A stretch of DNA of 63,998 nt, counting the filler, from Jimgerdemannia flammicorona (Eukaryota): the NCBI GenBank assembly GCA_003990765.1. It is 3 parts of 3 records of this genome, joined end to end, with 100 filler letters (N's around TTAATTAATTAA, not from the genome) between each part and the next. Parts side by side here need not be neighbours in the genome. Positions count along the whole stretch, not along the records: positions 21,421 to 42,724 come from RBNJ01001483.1; positions 42,825 to 63,998 come from RBNJ01001509.1; 1 more part is not named here. The stretch is one strand, 5' to 3'. Position 1 is the stretch's first letter; every line of letters begins with the position of its first letter. Below the pieces are notes generated by a model, which worked only from the letters and a program-made list of their open reading frames with translations, had not been told where the DNA came from and ran no database searches. This document shows, piece after piece, positions 38,877 to 52,297 of the stretch. A program made the position numbers and the translations under genes.

Positions 38877-39489
38877 GGGGAGCATCTTGCATAAAATTTA
38901 CAGCAGTAGATGAAGCATATTAACTGCGTCCGGTTCTAGCGCTCCATTTGCATTTGTCACGATTGTACATCAGAAGTTTACATTGCGCTTCGACCACCAT
39001 TACATTCTACACTAGAAGGAGTACTCGCCGAGCATCTAACGCTGGTCTCTGATAGTTTTGGGAATAATTCATTGAATCACGACAGTTCAAAGGCAATCAA
39101 CCTCTGCATGCGTTGTTCCCCGAGAAATATCTACATCATGAACAAATTGACATCACGTAAAACACAACGCAACCGCACGTCATCAACGTTATTGTCGTGG
39201 AAGGAACGTGGGTATTGTGAGTTAGAAGGAAGTTTGGACATTGGAACAATTTTCTTGAAGATTAGGCATAGCCCATCCAAATTTTCATTATTAAAAACAA
39301 TATGTTATTTGGCGTTAGAATATAGCATACTAGCTCAACGATATAATTCTGGTAGTTCGGAAAACACATGCCTGACGCTCACCACGCAACCACGTCTCAT
39401 ATGTTCTACTATATCCTCATTATGTATATCCCATACTACGAACCACGACCTTACAAATACTGGAACATGCACACATCAGTTTGGCATTA

Positions 39490-40720
39490 TCACCCTTGGT
39501 GCACCCGTGGCGTTCTTGCCCAAAGTACCCCATTAAAACATGACTCGTTCCTCTCTCTGAACCCATGCCGTTCCAATATATTATTTGTCGCAATCGAGAA
39601 AGGTTTCATGAAGCGTATATCCTCGAGCTTCTCGCAGTTCTCCACGACGGTGCGAAAGAATGGTGTCACAGTACCGGAAAACGAAAACATGTGCAGATAT
39701 TTGAGGCTCGGCCAGAGCACACTGTCACTTTCGACGGTGTGGTTGTAATTGATGCGCGAAATGTCGAGGACCTCGAGGAGCGGGAGGTGGACGCCGGCGA
39801 GAAATTCAAGAAAGCAGTCGGCCGCAAAGTTGCGTATATTGTTGCCAGGGAGGCCGAGGTAGCCAAGAGTGTTGGTGCAGGCCAGGACGATGACAGGGGT
39901 GGCACGAGAAGACGACAGAGATGTCTTCGTCGTACAATAAAAGATTGTTGCCGAGATCAAAGTGTGTGAGAGTCGGCGGCGGACGGTGAGCGAGGCGGGC
40001 AATGATTGGTTCGAAGGAGACAGTGTTGTGCTGGTTGTGGATAGATAAGTGGCGGAGGGTGGGCCAGGCGGCGACAGTGGATGCGAGATCAGCGGCGGGA
40101 GCGATGAGCGTGCACCGGTCGAAGCGCGCGGTGTGAATCCTGGAGCAGGAGCGGAGAACATGGAGGAAGCGCGGGGTTAACTCGACGGCGTCAAGATAAA
40201 TGTGGGAGAGATTGGTGCGGAAGTTGCAAATGAGCTGGACGATGGGGATGTGGTGCTTCCGAAAGCCCAGCGGAGGTGGAGCTCAGTGACGGCTTTGAGG
40301 TGAGGACTGAATCTGGAAACAAGTTGGCCTAGTCCTTTCACGCCATTTCTGTGGTTCCGTCGATTCGAGTCCTCGCCTTTCGAGTTTCAGCGCGCCGAGA
40401 AGCTGGACGATGGGATCCACGTGTTGAGGGTCGGGCTGCTCCATGTCGTTATTCTTGAAAAGTTGGAGCACGTCAATGTGGACCCGGTCCACGAGCGTTC
40501 TGTTCGCCAACCCGCAGTGTTTTGCCAGCGTCATGAGGTACGCGAGGTATTTGAGATCCGGTATGGTGTACTGGTGGAGGTCGAGTTGGAGGCGGGGAAG
40601 GAAATGGAAAGCGCAGTGGTACCATAAGCGGCATACCAAGGTGCAGGATATGAGGTCCAGTAGGTCATGCTTAATTTCTTCAAAGATTTGAAGAAGGAGC
40701 TCCGCGGGGAAATGTGGCAT
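39490..40720 (-). pseudogene. F-box / LRR-like protein with about three frameshifts
   Basis: N-terminal F-box FPAELLLQIFEEI...LISCTLVCRLW; LRR-like LTHFDLGNN, LEVLDIS, LKYLHM in shifted frames (~40345, ~40265, ~39905). Confidence 0.75.
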
Positions 40721-42724
40721 GGTGAAAGCGACAGAAGGGGCGCAGCGAACCCAACACGTGTTCTCTCAAGAATGATAACCCCCATTGACCGTAATACCTG
40801 GGAACCTTGTGCCCGACATGTCCCTTTTGGCAACGACTGGCAAAAAACTATCGCTGGAGAAGAAATAATAATTTTTTAGAATAATATTGGCATCCAATTG
40901 CACAACAGGATCAGGTCAGCGCTTCTACTGAGTACAGACGATGCTCAATCTCTGAAACCCCCTTTTGATGCCGATGTAAGGATTTGGGCGTGTGAGATTA
41001 TCCCGGTCGTATTTAGGGATAGATAGCAATTTTTGGAGAAGAGTATGATCTGCGGACATCAATTTAAGATATATATATTTTAGAATAAAATCCGAAGAAA
41101 AAATATATCTATTCATTTATATCATCTAACTAATCGTTACCGAGATCACGTTAGCTATTGAACTGTACTACCTTTTCACCAGGTGATATGTCTGCTACGC
41201 ACTAAAACTAGGCTAGAAATCACGGAGCAGACCCTTGATCTCTCGCGAGGAGTCCTCTATACCCATTTTACCAAATGTGTTCGACGTGCGTCTTCAGGCT
41301 AATGAGACGGATCATGATGGTTTGAAAGATGGAAGGGCCAGAGTAGCATTCTCATATATACATAATACAATGTTACTTTGACGAGCGTGATGATTAAATA
41401 TCAAAGAAACCGATGGTATTGACAATCGCCAGCGTCCCGTTTCTTGAAGTTTTGCGGTCATTCTCTTTCTCAACTGCTGAGATCCTGGTTCTATGTCGTA
41501 GACAGAAATAATTCGCTCAATATAATTATGGATATGAGCCATTAACACACGTGCGAGCCGAACACGTGAAATTGTGTCGGGTGGCTGGGCCATGTCGTGT
41601 CAAGGAATCCCAGATCATTGCTTACGCATGTGTCCACAGCTTTCGCCGCAAACTCATTTCTGTCAATCAGATGCCTGCCATCATACAACCGTCAGGATGG
41701 CGGAAAGCAACAGGTACGCATCATGTCGAATCGTGAGTATTGCGGATGGTATAAGGAGGGCGCGGGATGGATTGACAGCTTTCGAGGGGTGCACCCTCCA
41801 ACGGAATGGTTTGCCCATAGCGGGTCAAATAACGGCGTGAAGCATTGAAGTATTCCACTACCATTTCTTAATAACCCTCCTCCTAACACCTGCGTATCTT
41901 TAATTTCATAATCCGTAACCGACGAAAGCGGACCCATTCACCCCTCACCTTCTCACGCCGTTGGGTGCTGGTCGCACACGGCAGGATATCGGAGCCAGCG
42001 ATCGACCAAGAGAAGGCATGCTAGCTAGCCAACCAATCGCTTCCATCGGACACAAGCGGCTGGTGGAAGCTGCCGTAGTCGTCGTATGACGGTCCAGCGC
42101 TGGGCCGTCGAGGATGCAGACCTTCCATTGGTGACAGTGTGTATTCTTTTGTACATATTAATTTATCAATTTCGGATGCGCTGGAGGGGATTTGCCGTAG
42201 GCGGTTCACACCTCAAACACATCTCATGATCAGCTCCCATTTTCTCTTTAAGCTTCAGAACGGCAACGTCATCCTCTACTGAGCGCGACTGTCAGCTGTC
42301 TAGCTCAAGGTGCATAAGGTTTCATCGTGGCCCACTTAAAGCCATTGCTTGAAGGTGCGTTCGGTTTGGATCGACTGCTTATGTTGGTCGTTTGTGGCAA
42401 AGCCATTAAACCACTATATTCAAACTCCCACGCGCATCATTCACAGGCGAACACTATTTGAAAGTACTTACTACCGTTGGCATCCCATGCCCTTTTTACG
42501 GCGCAGGCGGCCATACGTCAAGCGACCAGGGTGTGCTGCTCAAAACGCCGTAACCACGGCGATGACATCGGATAAAAGGATCGTTTGCGTTGGTGTTGAC
42601 TAGGTGGGTAAGCATTACGAGTCTTGAATGAGCCTGGCATATTGCGGTTGCAATCTGGGCGGGGAGGGCACGAGTATCTTGATACCCAGAAATTCGTTGA
42701 TGTTCTTTTTTTTTTTTTTTTTTT

Positions 42725-42824
42725 NNNNNNNNNNNNNNNNNNNNNNNNNNNNNNNNNNNNNNNNNNNNTTAATTAATTAANNNNNNNNNNNNNNNNNNNN
42801 NNNNNNNNNNNNNNNNNNNNNNNN
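42725..42824. other. Artificial scaffold gap (44 N + TTAATTAATTAA + 44 N)
   Basis: Same linker as 21321. Confidence 0.97.
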
Positions 42825-45420
42825 AAGTCAGTTTCTCCCCATCCTTCACAAGGAGGGTTGTCTTGTTTGGGTTCCTCAGTCTGTTGAGCTTGGTGCTTCT
42901 TGGATTGAATTTTGAAAACTTTGGAGAGGCATGCATGGCATTCACCAACATGTTCCATGCAGTACATTTGAATAGAATGAGGGCATCATCCACATGGTGC
43001 ATAACCATCTGCAATTCTCTTATACCAGTTTTCATCATCTTCCTTCATGGTAGTGACCTTTTGACTGGGAGGTTTGTTGATAGATCCAAACCCTTTCTTG
43101 CCATGGTCTGTCTGGGAGAGTTCAGGGACTTCTTCAATGGTGAGATCTTGATGGATTTCTTCAATGATTGCTTGAGCAATTCTTTGGCCTACTTTGACTT
43201 CAAATGATGTGTCTCCAAAATTTTGCAAGATGACACAGATTTCATCAGTAAATCCTTGGTCAACTACTCCTCCTCCTAGCCCAATGTTGAACTCTTTGGC
43301 TAGGCTGCTTCGCTCAGCAAGGCGGATGTATGTACCTCTGGGGGCTTGTATTGTAATTCCTATTCATGCTGTAGCATTGGTACTTGGTGGGATGGTGAGG
43401 TCTTGGCTGCTGTAGAGGTCATATCCAGCATCAGTTGAGTGGGCCTTAGTGGGGATGGTAGCCTTGTACCATATCTTCTGTACTTTGATGACATTCTTGG
43501 GGTTCTTCTTTCCTGGGCCTTCTCTAATAATAGTAATGTTCTGGTTACTAGGTTCGCCTGCTCTATTCTTCTTCTCAGGGCATCTGAATGAGATGTGTCC
43601 TGCCTTCTTACAGATGAAGCACAATCCCTTTTCATGGAGCTGCCTCTTTTCATCCTCAGTGGGAGGTCTGGATCCCCTGGGGTTTCGCTGGTTCCTTTGA
43701 TCATTCTGTTGATCATATCTTTGATCATTTCTCCTGGTGGGGTTTCTCCTATCTTGGTTATTCTTCTTGTGTTCTCGGTTTTATGGAGCTTGTGCAGCAA
43801 GGATTTCGTGGGCTCTTCTTTGTACTTGGGCAAAGCACCACAAGTAGTGGGGACATCCTTGCAGAAGAACTTGTTCCTTGATCTTCTGGGTGAGCCAGTC
43901 TGGTAGGGCTGCAAAGAGATAGTTGGCTCTGGTATCATTGATGGCCAAATTGTTTTCCTGATAGGTAAGTCCCACAGTTTTGAGATAGGCATCCATTCTG
44001 GTGGCAAAGGTCTCTAGATCCTCTTTGCCATTCTTGTGGAACTTCATCTGGAATAGTTTGTTCCATGTTTCTTATATGTAGGCCACATTTCGGAATTTGG
44101 TCAATAGCAAGGCCTTGAGTCCTGGGCCTGCTTCGTAGTCATCCCAACCTGGTCTATTGTTGTCAGGTACTTGTCCATTGACTTGAGGGCAGGCTTCCCA
44201 GGTTACTGGGTATTATTCCAAGGTTCGCCAGAATTCGGCTGCTGTTCTAGTGAAGAATATAGCTACTGTTTCTACTTGTGCTGCTGATGTGGCAAATAGC
44301 TGTTGAAGGGTGCTATTCTGGTTGTTGGTGAGCATTCCTATAGGTACTCGATTGTCATTCCATTGGTTTGCTTGGTAGCCTATGTCAACTGCATTGATGA
44401 AATTTTTAATGTCACTGTTTTTTCCACTAAATGTTGGGATTCACAAAGTCTTGGTTGGTTTGTTCTGTTCAGCAATCTGTCCTACTATCCCTGCTAGTGC
44501 TGCTAGCTAAGTGGTCAGTGCTGCAATGTTGACATCTACCATTGTATTGACTATTGGTGGTGGGCCTATTGGGGTAGATTCTCCTGAAGATTGTTCTGCT
44601 TGGTGGGGTTGTGGTGCTGTATGACTTGGAGTTACTTGGTTCCCGGATATTAAGTCAAAGAGTCCTGTGAGAGAGGGTAAACCAAACCTCTGTATAGGTG
44701 GCTGAGTTGGTTCTGGGGTCTGATCTTCTTGACCTGTGGTTCCTTGGTAAATTCCTAGGCCTGCTATTCCTTATTGGCTATCATCAGACTGGTAACCTAT
44801 AGAGTCTTTGTCTAACTCCCTTCCTTGATGAGATAGTGCATCCTCATACTGACTAGGTCCTTCAAAGAGGATATCAGTCTCTGGCTGGGTTGATGGGCCT
44901 ACTTCTTGTTCAGCAGTAGGGGATAGATGGCCTGCTTGCTCATTCTCGTACCTAGTTATGGCAGAGATGTAGTATACAACTAGCCTATAGTAGAGAGAGG
45001 TCTTGGTTAGTGTATGATGATACCTGTCAGAGGCAATCCGCTCGGCAGCTGCTTCTCTTGCAGCAGGGGGTGTAATATAATCTAAAAAATCCTAGGTGGC
45101 TACAGCAGTAGATTCTGGGGTCCTAGTAGTTCCAATGTGTTCTTGGAGGAGTTCGTAGAACCTACAGCGGCTAACAATATTCCTAAGTCCTGGGTGGTAT
45201 ATGTATCCTAAAGACCTGGTATAGATCCTTGTAAGCCTGGTCAATTACAAGCTGGTGGATTCTTGGGTCTGTGGTTTCCTGGTACCACCTGGTCCTAATG
45301 GCAAGGGCTTCTCTGGCTCTGGTTTGAGGATCCACAGTTATTTCTGGGGATTACTCCTGTCCAAGGTTGGTCTTGTTCCAACTTCAGGAGTGTGTTCTTT
45401 GGTGCCTTCTTGGCTGGTAA
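42825..45420 (-). pseudogene. LTR retrotransposon gag (long N-extension) - CCHC knuckle - dUTPase - Cys/His motif, cut by gap
   Basis: One frame 44047-42826 with few stops: CFICKKAGHISFRC, then AGYDL, RSS, GVVDQGFTDEI, RIAQ, GKKGFGS (all five dUTPase motifs). Confidence 0.9.
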
Positions 45421-45421
45421 T

Positions 45422-45433
45422 CTGCTGCTACCA
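45422..45433 (-). promoter_or_regulatory. Primer binding site TGGTAGCAGCAG (initiator-Met-tRNA-like)
   Basis: 3 nt after the LTR end; TGG-TAGC pattern. Confidence 0.65.
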
Positions 45434-45436
45434 AGT

Positions 45437-46229
45437 TGTAATAACTCTCACTTCTACCCCTCTCTTATCCTTAGGATAATTAGGGAAGTGGACTATTACT
45501 TAGGGACTTAGTACACAATATATACCAAGAAGCCTTCAGTTTGAGGAAGCGCTTGCTTAAAGTAGTTGTAGTGGCAGTGTCTTATCTTTCAAAGGTCTTT
45601 CTCTGGGTTGCCTTCTGTTTCAAAGATCTTTCTCTTGTGCCCTATTTCGAGGGTCTTGTTCTTTAGTGTACACAGACTGAATTCGCCTTAGAATTCAGGT
45701 TCAATGGGTTTACTTAAGTCTTTGGGGATTTATATACTGGTCTCAGTTCTGGCAGAAGTTAGTTAGGCTTCTGGAGTTTAGTCAGAAACACTAGAGTCAC
45801 TTAGATATCATTAGTAAGACTCAGGGGAATGTGTGTGTGTGGGGGGACTTGATTCTTGTATCAAGGACTGAACTAAAACTGCTTTATTTCGGATGGAAAC
45901 TGGGGGGTATTTATACAAGTTGGTCCGCGATTTCTGATTAAGTATGAGTGACTAATTTGGTAACTATAATGAGGTTTGTGATCACGATCTTTGTCAGGTG
46001 GTTTTTGGTAAAGAATATCTTTATGATCAGGACCTCAATTACTAAGCAATGATCAGCAGCTGTGGCAACTATTGCTGCAGTGCCAGTTGTCAGAGATAAG
46101 CTGGATATCGTTTTCCACATCATTTCACATCATTCGTTATTCATATGCCGCACTCGATCATATGATGATGTTATCGCCGGGTCACATGATCATTCGTCTC
46201 ATTGCATCCCATCTGTTCGCTCTATTACA
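45437..46229 (-). repeat. 5' LTR (793 bp)
   Basis: TGTAAT...ATTACA termini, TATA and AATAAA, followed by PBS; homologous to 3768-3791/9555-10288. Confidence 0.9.
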
Positions 46230-47350
46230 GGCAATCAGCAGTTCCTCCTCCTCCTGTTCAGAGCCTGTCCTTCACCACACTTTGCACTCCTGTCCTTTGA
46301 CTTGAATCACCTCTGGCCAGTCCCTCCCTAGCCCTGTAGCCTCTTTATCTTCCAGCTTCACTATTATCTTGCAGTTGTTATTTCTCAGCTTAGTCCCCTC
46401 CCAGAACATAAACCCAAAGTTAACCATCTCACCAAAGCCCCCCAGTGCCTCTGCTACAACCCCTTTAGTCTTCTGTCTTTCCAATGTCAGCAGCCCCTCA
46501 ATCACCAGGCATATGGCATGCAGGTCCCACCTCAGACATCTCACCATACCAACCTTGATATTTTTGATGACCAGCCCTTTCTTCAAGACTTTCATCATAT
46601 CCTCCTCCTCTCTCTACTACCTCTGCTGACAGGATAAACTTCAGCAACTCTGCCCCAGCAACCTCCTCTCCAACTAGCCACAAGACCTCCCTAGCAGACA
46701 TTCCCAGCCTTAAGAAATTTGCTGAGATAGCCCATGTTGACACCAACTTGTAAAAGAAAGAGCACACCACCAGTTCACTAGAGCCTGCCACTACGTGACC
46801 TTCCTCTTATTCTTAGATACCTCAGCAGTCACCCCAGCCACAGGCCCAGCCCCAGAAATACCAGTCCCAGCTACACCACTTCCAGACCCCTGGCCCCTGA
46901 CAGGCACCTGACCAGTTACCTGACCAGTCACCTGGCTGGTCACCTGACTCCTACCCCTGTCTATACTACATCCCCCCTACCCTACCTCCATGGGCCTAGT
47001 AGCTGCCCTCCTGCCCCCATCACTGTGCACCAGCTCTCAATACTAGCCTGCCTTCCATGACCACCTACTCCTCTTGCTCCAGCACCAGCCCCAGCTACTG
47101 CTGCAAAACTCTTGGGAAGGCCCAGGCCAGGCCTCCTTCTCTCTAAGTGCTCAGAGCTTGATGAACCCTGGGTCACCATTCAATGAAAACTTCATGGAAT
47201 TTGATGAAACTTATTATAGACTATTACTAGACTCCTACTGCACCTTGTATACCAGTATAGACGAAGTGAAAACTTGAAAATGTGTTGCTTTTCATGAAAA
47301 GATGTCCATGTGGCTTAGCTCGCTCTAAACGGTTTGAGCAAAAGAAGTCC
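46230..47350 (-). mobile_element. LINE family A 5' end and ORF1 start, interrupted by the LTR element
   Basis: Matches 3792-4925 including the GACTTCTTTTGCTCAAACC 5' terminus. Confidence 0.9.
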
Positions 47351-47354
47351 TTCC

Positions 47355-50300
47355 TCTAATAAAGTGGACTAGAGAATGGGGAGGAGCTACTACTTGATTG
47401 ACAAAGTAGTGATTCTGATAAGGAAGGGTAGAGGAGATTTGGGCAGAATCAAGAGCTGGAGTGAACATTTGGTCTGGGGAGAATGGCATTGATCTGGGTG
47501 AGAATCAGTGAGGATTAGCTCCTACTACTGTCCTGCAGTTAGGGGTGAGCAGATTGAGTGGATTATAGATCTATTGGAGGAGGATATTCTCTTGGAGAAA
47601 GATATCAATGTTCTGAGAGGTGACTTTAATATGGTGTGGAATCCATAGATAGATAGAACTGATAGAGAGAGGAGTATAGATGGGAGGAGTGGTGGTCTGG
47701 ATAAGTGAGAGGAGGTGGAGAACCTTAGCTTCTTAGGAGATATGGATAGAACATAGTGGGGTGACAGAAGAGTCTATATACACTGGGTAAATAGACTGAG
47801 TACAAGGATTGACTAGATTCTGATGGCTGAATGTTGGGGTACTGATGTTTGGAGGACTCTAGAGGTGGAGTGGTGCCCATGGTCTGATCACTGGGGGCTA
47901 TTGGGGAAGGAGCAGTTTGGGGGAAGTAGAGATAGACTCAGATATTGGTGCCTTAACTCCTCCCTGATGACTGAGAAGGGGTTGTGAGACCCATGAGTGG
48001 AGGATATCTAAGTGAAGATTACTAATGATATGTACATGAGGGTTTATCTGTGAGTATCTATTAGATGAGACTGAGAAGGAGACTATAAGAGTTTATTGGG
48101 AAGAAGCTGGTAGGGAGGCTGGGAGGCAGAGAAGGAAGTAAGTAAGGTATACTTCTAATAGGCTGATTAAATTGTAGATAAAATGGGCTAATTTGCTTTC
48201 TTCTGATAAGATGGAGGATTGGAGGTTGAAGCAGGCAAAATTAGAGGTAGTAGAGCTGCAACAGGTATTGAGAAAGGAGGAGGAGATTTGTATGAAAGGA
48301 ATAGTTGCCAGACTATGGTGGCAGGGGCTTGAGGAAGGAGAGTGGCCTACTAGGTACTTGTCTAGGCTTCTTTGAGCTAGGAAGATACAACATTGATGAG
48401 ATGGAGTCTTGGATGCCAAAGAGGATATGGTGCATGGTATACAATAGATCTTGAGAGTACTGAAGGAGAGATGGCAGGGTCTGTAGAGTGAGAAGGAAGG
48501 GGGTGCAGATGAAGAGGTGATTTGAGACATACTGGAGGAGTGGAAACTACTGCAAGTAGAGAGACTTAGCGACTTGATCATACCAGTCCAAGAGGAGGAG
48601 ATCTAGAGAGTCCTTGCAGCAACTAAGCTTAGGACAGTATTAGGAGAGGATAGGTTACCTTGGAACTTCTGGAAGAAGATAGTGAGGGTCCCTAGAGTGT
48701 TAAGAGAGAGACTGTACTCTGTGACCATGTTCTTCTAAATGGCAAGTGGGTTGGGGAGCAGGACTTGGAGCTGGTGGCCTTATTGTACAAAGACAAGGAG
48801 AGGCAGGAGGACTGGAATAACTGGAGGCCAATCATACTTCTGGATATGGATAGGAAGATAGTGACTAAGGTGATTGGTGCAAGACTTCAGAAGGTTGCCC
48901 AACAGGTGCTGGGTGAGGAGCAGCAGGGTTTTGTAGGAGGCAGGCTTATCAGGAATGAGACTACCTGGGTGTATGACATTATTGAAGGAGCTCAGGCTTA
49001 TGGACTAGATGGTAGACTGGTCTTTTTGGACCAGGAGAAGACCTATGACCATGTTCAGTAGGTATGGCTGGGCAATAGGCTGGATAGAATTGGGGTTCCC
49101 CTATATTTTGGGGCTTCTATATTGAATCTATTAGAGAGCAGTTGAGTAGTGCTGATGTGTAATAGTCACCAGGAGTTGGCATTTCCCTTGGAAAGAGGAG
49201 TTCCTCAGAGAGACCCACTGTTTTCTATCCTTTATATTCTTTTATTAGAATCTTTAATAGATAGGATGTAACAGAAGATGGCAGAGCTCTCTATATATAA
49301 TGTGGTGTGAAAGGTGGGGGTCTTTGCAGATAATATGATAGTTGGACCTAGATCAGTAGCAGATATTGAGGTACTTAAGAAGACAGTGGAATAGTATAAG
49401 GTATACTCTGGGGTGAAACTCAACTGGTATAAGTGTGAGATAATTGTATTGGGGAATGGGTTAGTGAGAGGAGACATCATTGGAACAATTGTCCCAACAG
49501 AAGAGGTAGTGTGGTATCTGGGTATATTCCTTTCTGTATATAGATCTGTCTTATCATGAGTGTGGTGAGAGAGGAGGGTGGCCATTTGGGAGGAGGCTCT
49601 TAGAGGTTGAGGGGGTCACTATATCTCTCTGGTAGAGTGGGTGTTGATTCTGAATATCTACTGGTTTCCCAAGCTATAGTATGTGACCTATCACTTAGAC
49701 TTCCCAGCTTGGGTGATAAGAGGCTGACGAAACTGGCTAGAGATTGAATTTGAGCAGAGAGGAGATCCCAGATCAGTTGGAATACTCTTGTATTGCCAGT
49801 GGTTAGGGGAGGACTAGGCCTTGTAGATTTCTCTAAGCAGCTGTATTGTCTATGAGCTTGGTGGTTGAAAAGGACTATTGAACTACAGAGAGGAGATTGG
49901 GTACTGCTGATGCAGAAGGTATGGGAGATGAGATTCTCCCCTCAGAGATCATCAGGAGATTTGCTCTCTCTAGTGGATCTGAATGAAAGCTGATAGCTAT
50001 GATAAGAGCTTCTGGTAGGGGGTGGTGGATAGAGTGCACTGGATAGGCCTATGCTGGCAAGGCAATAAGGAGGAGGTACTGTGGGTTCCAGCTATGTGGA
50101 GATGAGACAGACTGCTTCTGGGGAGTCTTCTGCTTGCTGAGTTTGATATTGATGAGAGAGTGGAGTGTCAGCAGAGACTTGGCCAGAATTTTTAGCCAAG
50201 TAGTTGGCAGGCAGTAAGGATTGGTGAGAAGTAGGACTGAGCAAGAGTCTGGTCATGGTGTGCTGAAGTGTAGAGGTAGCTTTCTTCCAAGTTCTGAGTA

Positions 50301-50943
50301 GTATAGTAGTGGATGCTATGGAGGAATATTATGTTGAATTTCCATACTGGGCATCTGGTAGATGGTGGCTGATTAGATTGTAAGAAGTGTTATAATATAG
50401 AGTAGGTAGGGTGATTTGTACAAATATCAGAATATTGGTTGGGAGAGTGTGAGGTTCTAGGGGACTTTTGAATAGTGGTAGAGACTCAGCTGGATGTGGC
50501 AAAGAGACCAGATGGAGAGAGAGGTTGCTGGAAGGATTTGAAATCTTGACTAGTGAGAGGTATCAGTAATAGTTAACTCACTATAGGGTGGGTTTTAGTA
50601 TTATAGATAGAGTTGGCTGGACATTAGCTCTTTGTTTTTGAGGAAGAGTGATAGATGGATATACAGAAGAAGTTGTTAAGGTGGGATGAGTTGTTGGGGG
50701 ATCTGCTGACTGGATGGTAGATTGGTTAGGATCTCTAGAGTAGGTATCATTGCTGTCTGGTGAAAGGGATCTGTAAACATAGTAGTGGGTGGGTGGAGAT
50801 AGTGTTTGACAAAGTGGTCTTTCATTGAGAGAAAGTGGGGAGAGGGGGGGAAGGGACCCTCTAGGGAGATTAGATAGGAGTGGGCACTATGTATTAGATA
50901 GAGGATAGACTAGTATATTAATAAAGAAAGGAGTCTGAGTGAC

Positions 50944-50982
<39 letters not shown>
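47355..50982 (+). mobile_element. 5'-truncated LINE family B (APE-RT), decayed
   Basis: GDFN, SDH, EEGEWPTRY, NWRPIILLDMDRK, LDQEKTYDHV, FADN; polyA 50947-50982. Confidence 0.9.
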
Positions 50983-50983
<1 letters not shown>

Positions 50984-52297
50984 ATTCAGTAATAATAGTG
51001 GTCCTTGTTTCTATTTTATAGCAATAGAGGATATAATGATAAGAATCACTAATACCCAGATTGAGACTAGGAGTACTTCTTATATGGGTCTTTATAGCTT
51101 TTCTGATGTAATTCCTATACTTTGAGGTTTGGTAAGCAATAGACATTTTTATTTATTTGTAGTAAGTCTTTTAAACTATTTCTGTGAGCCTTGTTTGGAT
51201 TACTACTACTGTAGTAGTTTCTTGATCCTTTTATTATATTCCTTAAGATATCTGTTTTATAGTTATAATAACTCATAGTTAATCATCATTATTCATCTTA
51301 TAGCCTGAGTGAGTTATACCATATAATCTTCTTATACTCTGATCTGGTGGCTTGTAAGGAAAGACTGTCTTCTGTGAAGATATCATCATTCTGAGATCAC
51401 TGTTATAATATTTATTATATTATTTAAAGCTTTATTATAGTTTTTAGATTTTGGTATATAATATATTTTAATTTATATATTATATATTCTTAATTAATAA
51501 TTATTTTTAAGAAATATTTTAAAATTATTTTTATAAATAAATATAGTAAAAGATATCATTTAAAAAAGAATATTAGAATAATATGTATTTTTCTTATATA
51601 ATTTATAATAAGTATCATGTTCTTACAAACTATTATCTATTATTCAATAATTCTAAAAGATTGTACAGCTACTTGTCAACAGTCAGCATATATCCAAGAC
51701 AGAGACAGAGCTTAATGGAGAGTGATTCAATGTCCTCCTGCTGCTACAATTATTTATTCCAACTGATGGAAGGAAAATTTGATGACAGGAAGAATGACGG
51801 ATAATGTGGGTATTTTTCCCTTACGTGATATGTGAAGTTTGTCTACGTTACTTTTTACGACGGCAATGCAACTTCATGAACATGTTTTGCAACAATAGTA
51901 ATTTCAGAGATCCACACCTCTAGCATATTATGAATATAACTCAGTTTGAGAGAGCTCTGAAACTAGCTCTGATGATAGATATGGGCCTTCTCTTTTTATT
52001 CACACCAATCAAATATTGGAATACCGTTTTATTTATCATTTTTGTTATTTCAAACGGGATACAAGGTAAAGTAATGCAAGAGGATAGTAGATTTAAAATA
52101 TACAATAGAGCTATATTCGCAAGAGCCCCATTGGAAGTCGTGAGGGGGGGGGATCATGCCATTGGCGAAAGGATATATATACATATATACAATCGTTGCA
52201 CTCTCCAAGACGTGCTATCTTGCCAGAATACTGAGTAATCGACATCGACCAAATCAGCACGCTACCTTCCAATTATTGATCCGTATGGCCTTTAACT

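Noticed and set aside
38574..38885. Phe/Lys-rich 103-aa ORF
   Set aside because: Translation of an A/T homopolymer tract, possibly low-quality sequence.
41300..42700. Possible gene remnants (also 32270-33820, 36550-38350)
   Set aside because: Coding-like patches only; no assignable family.
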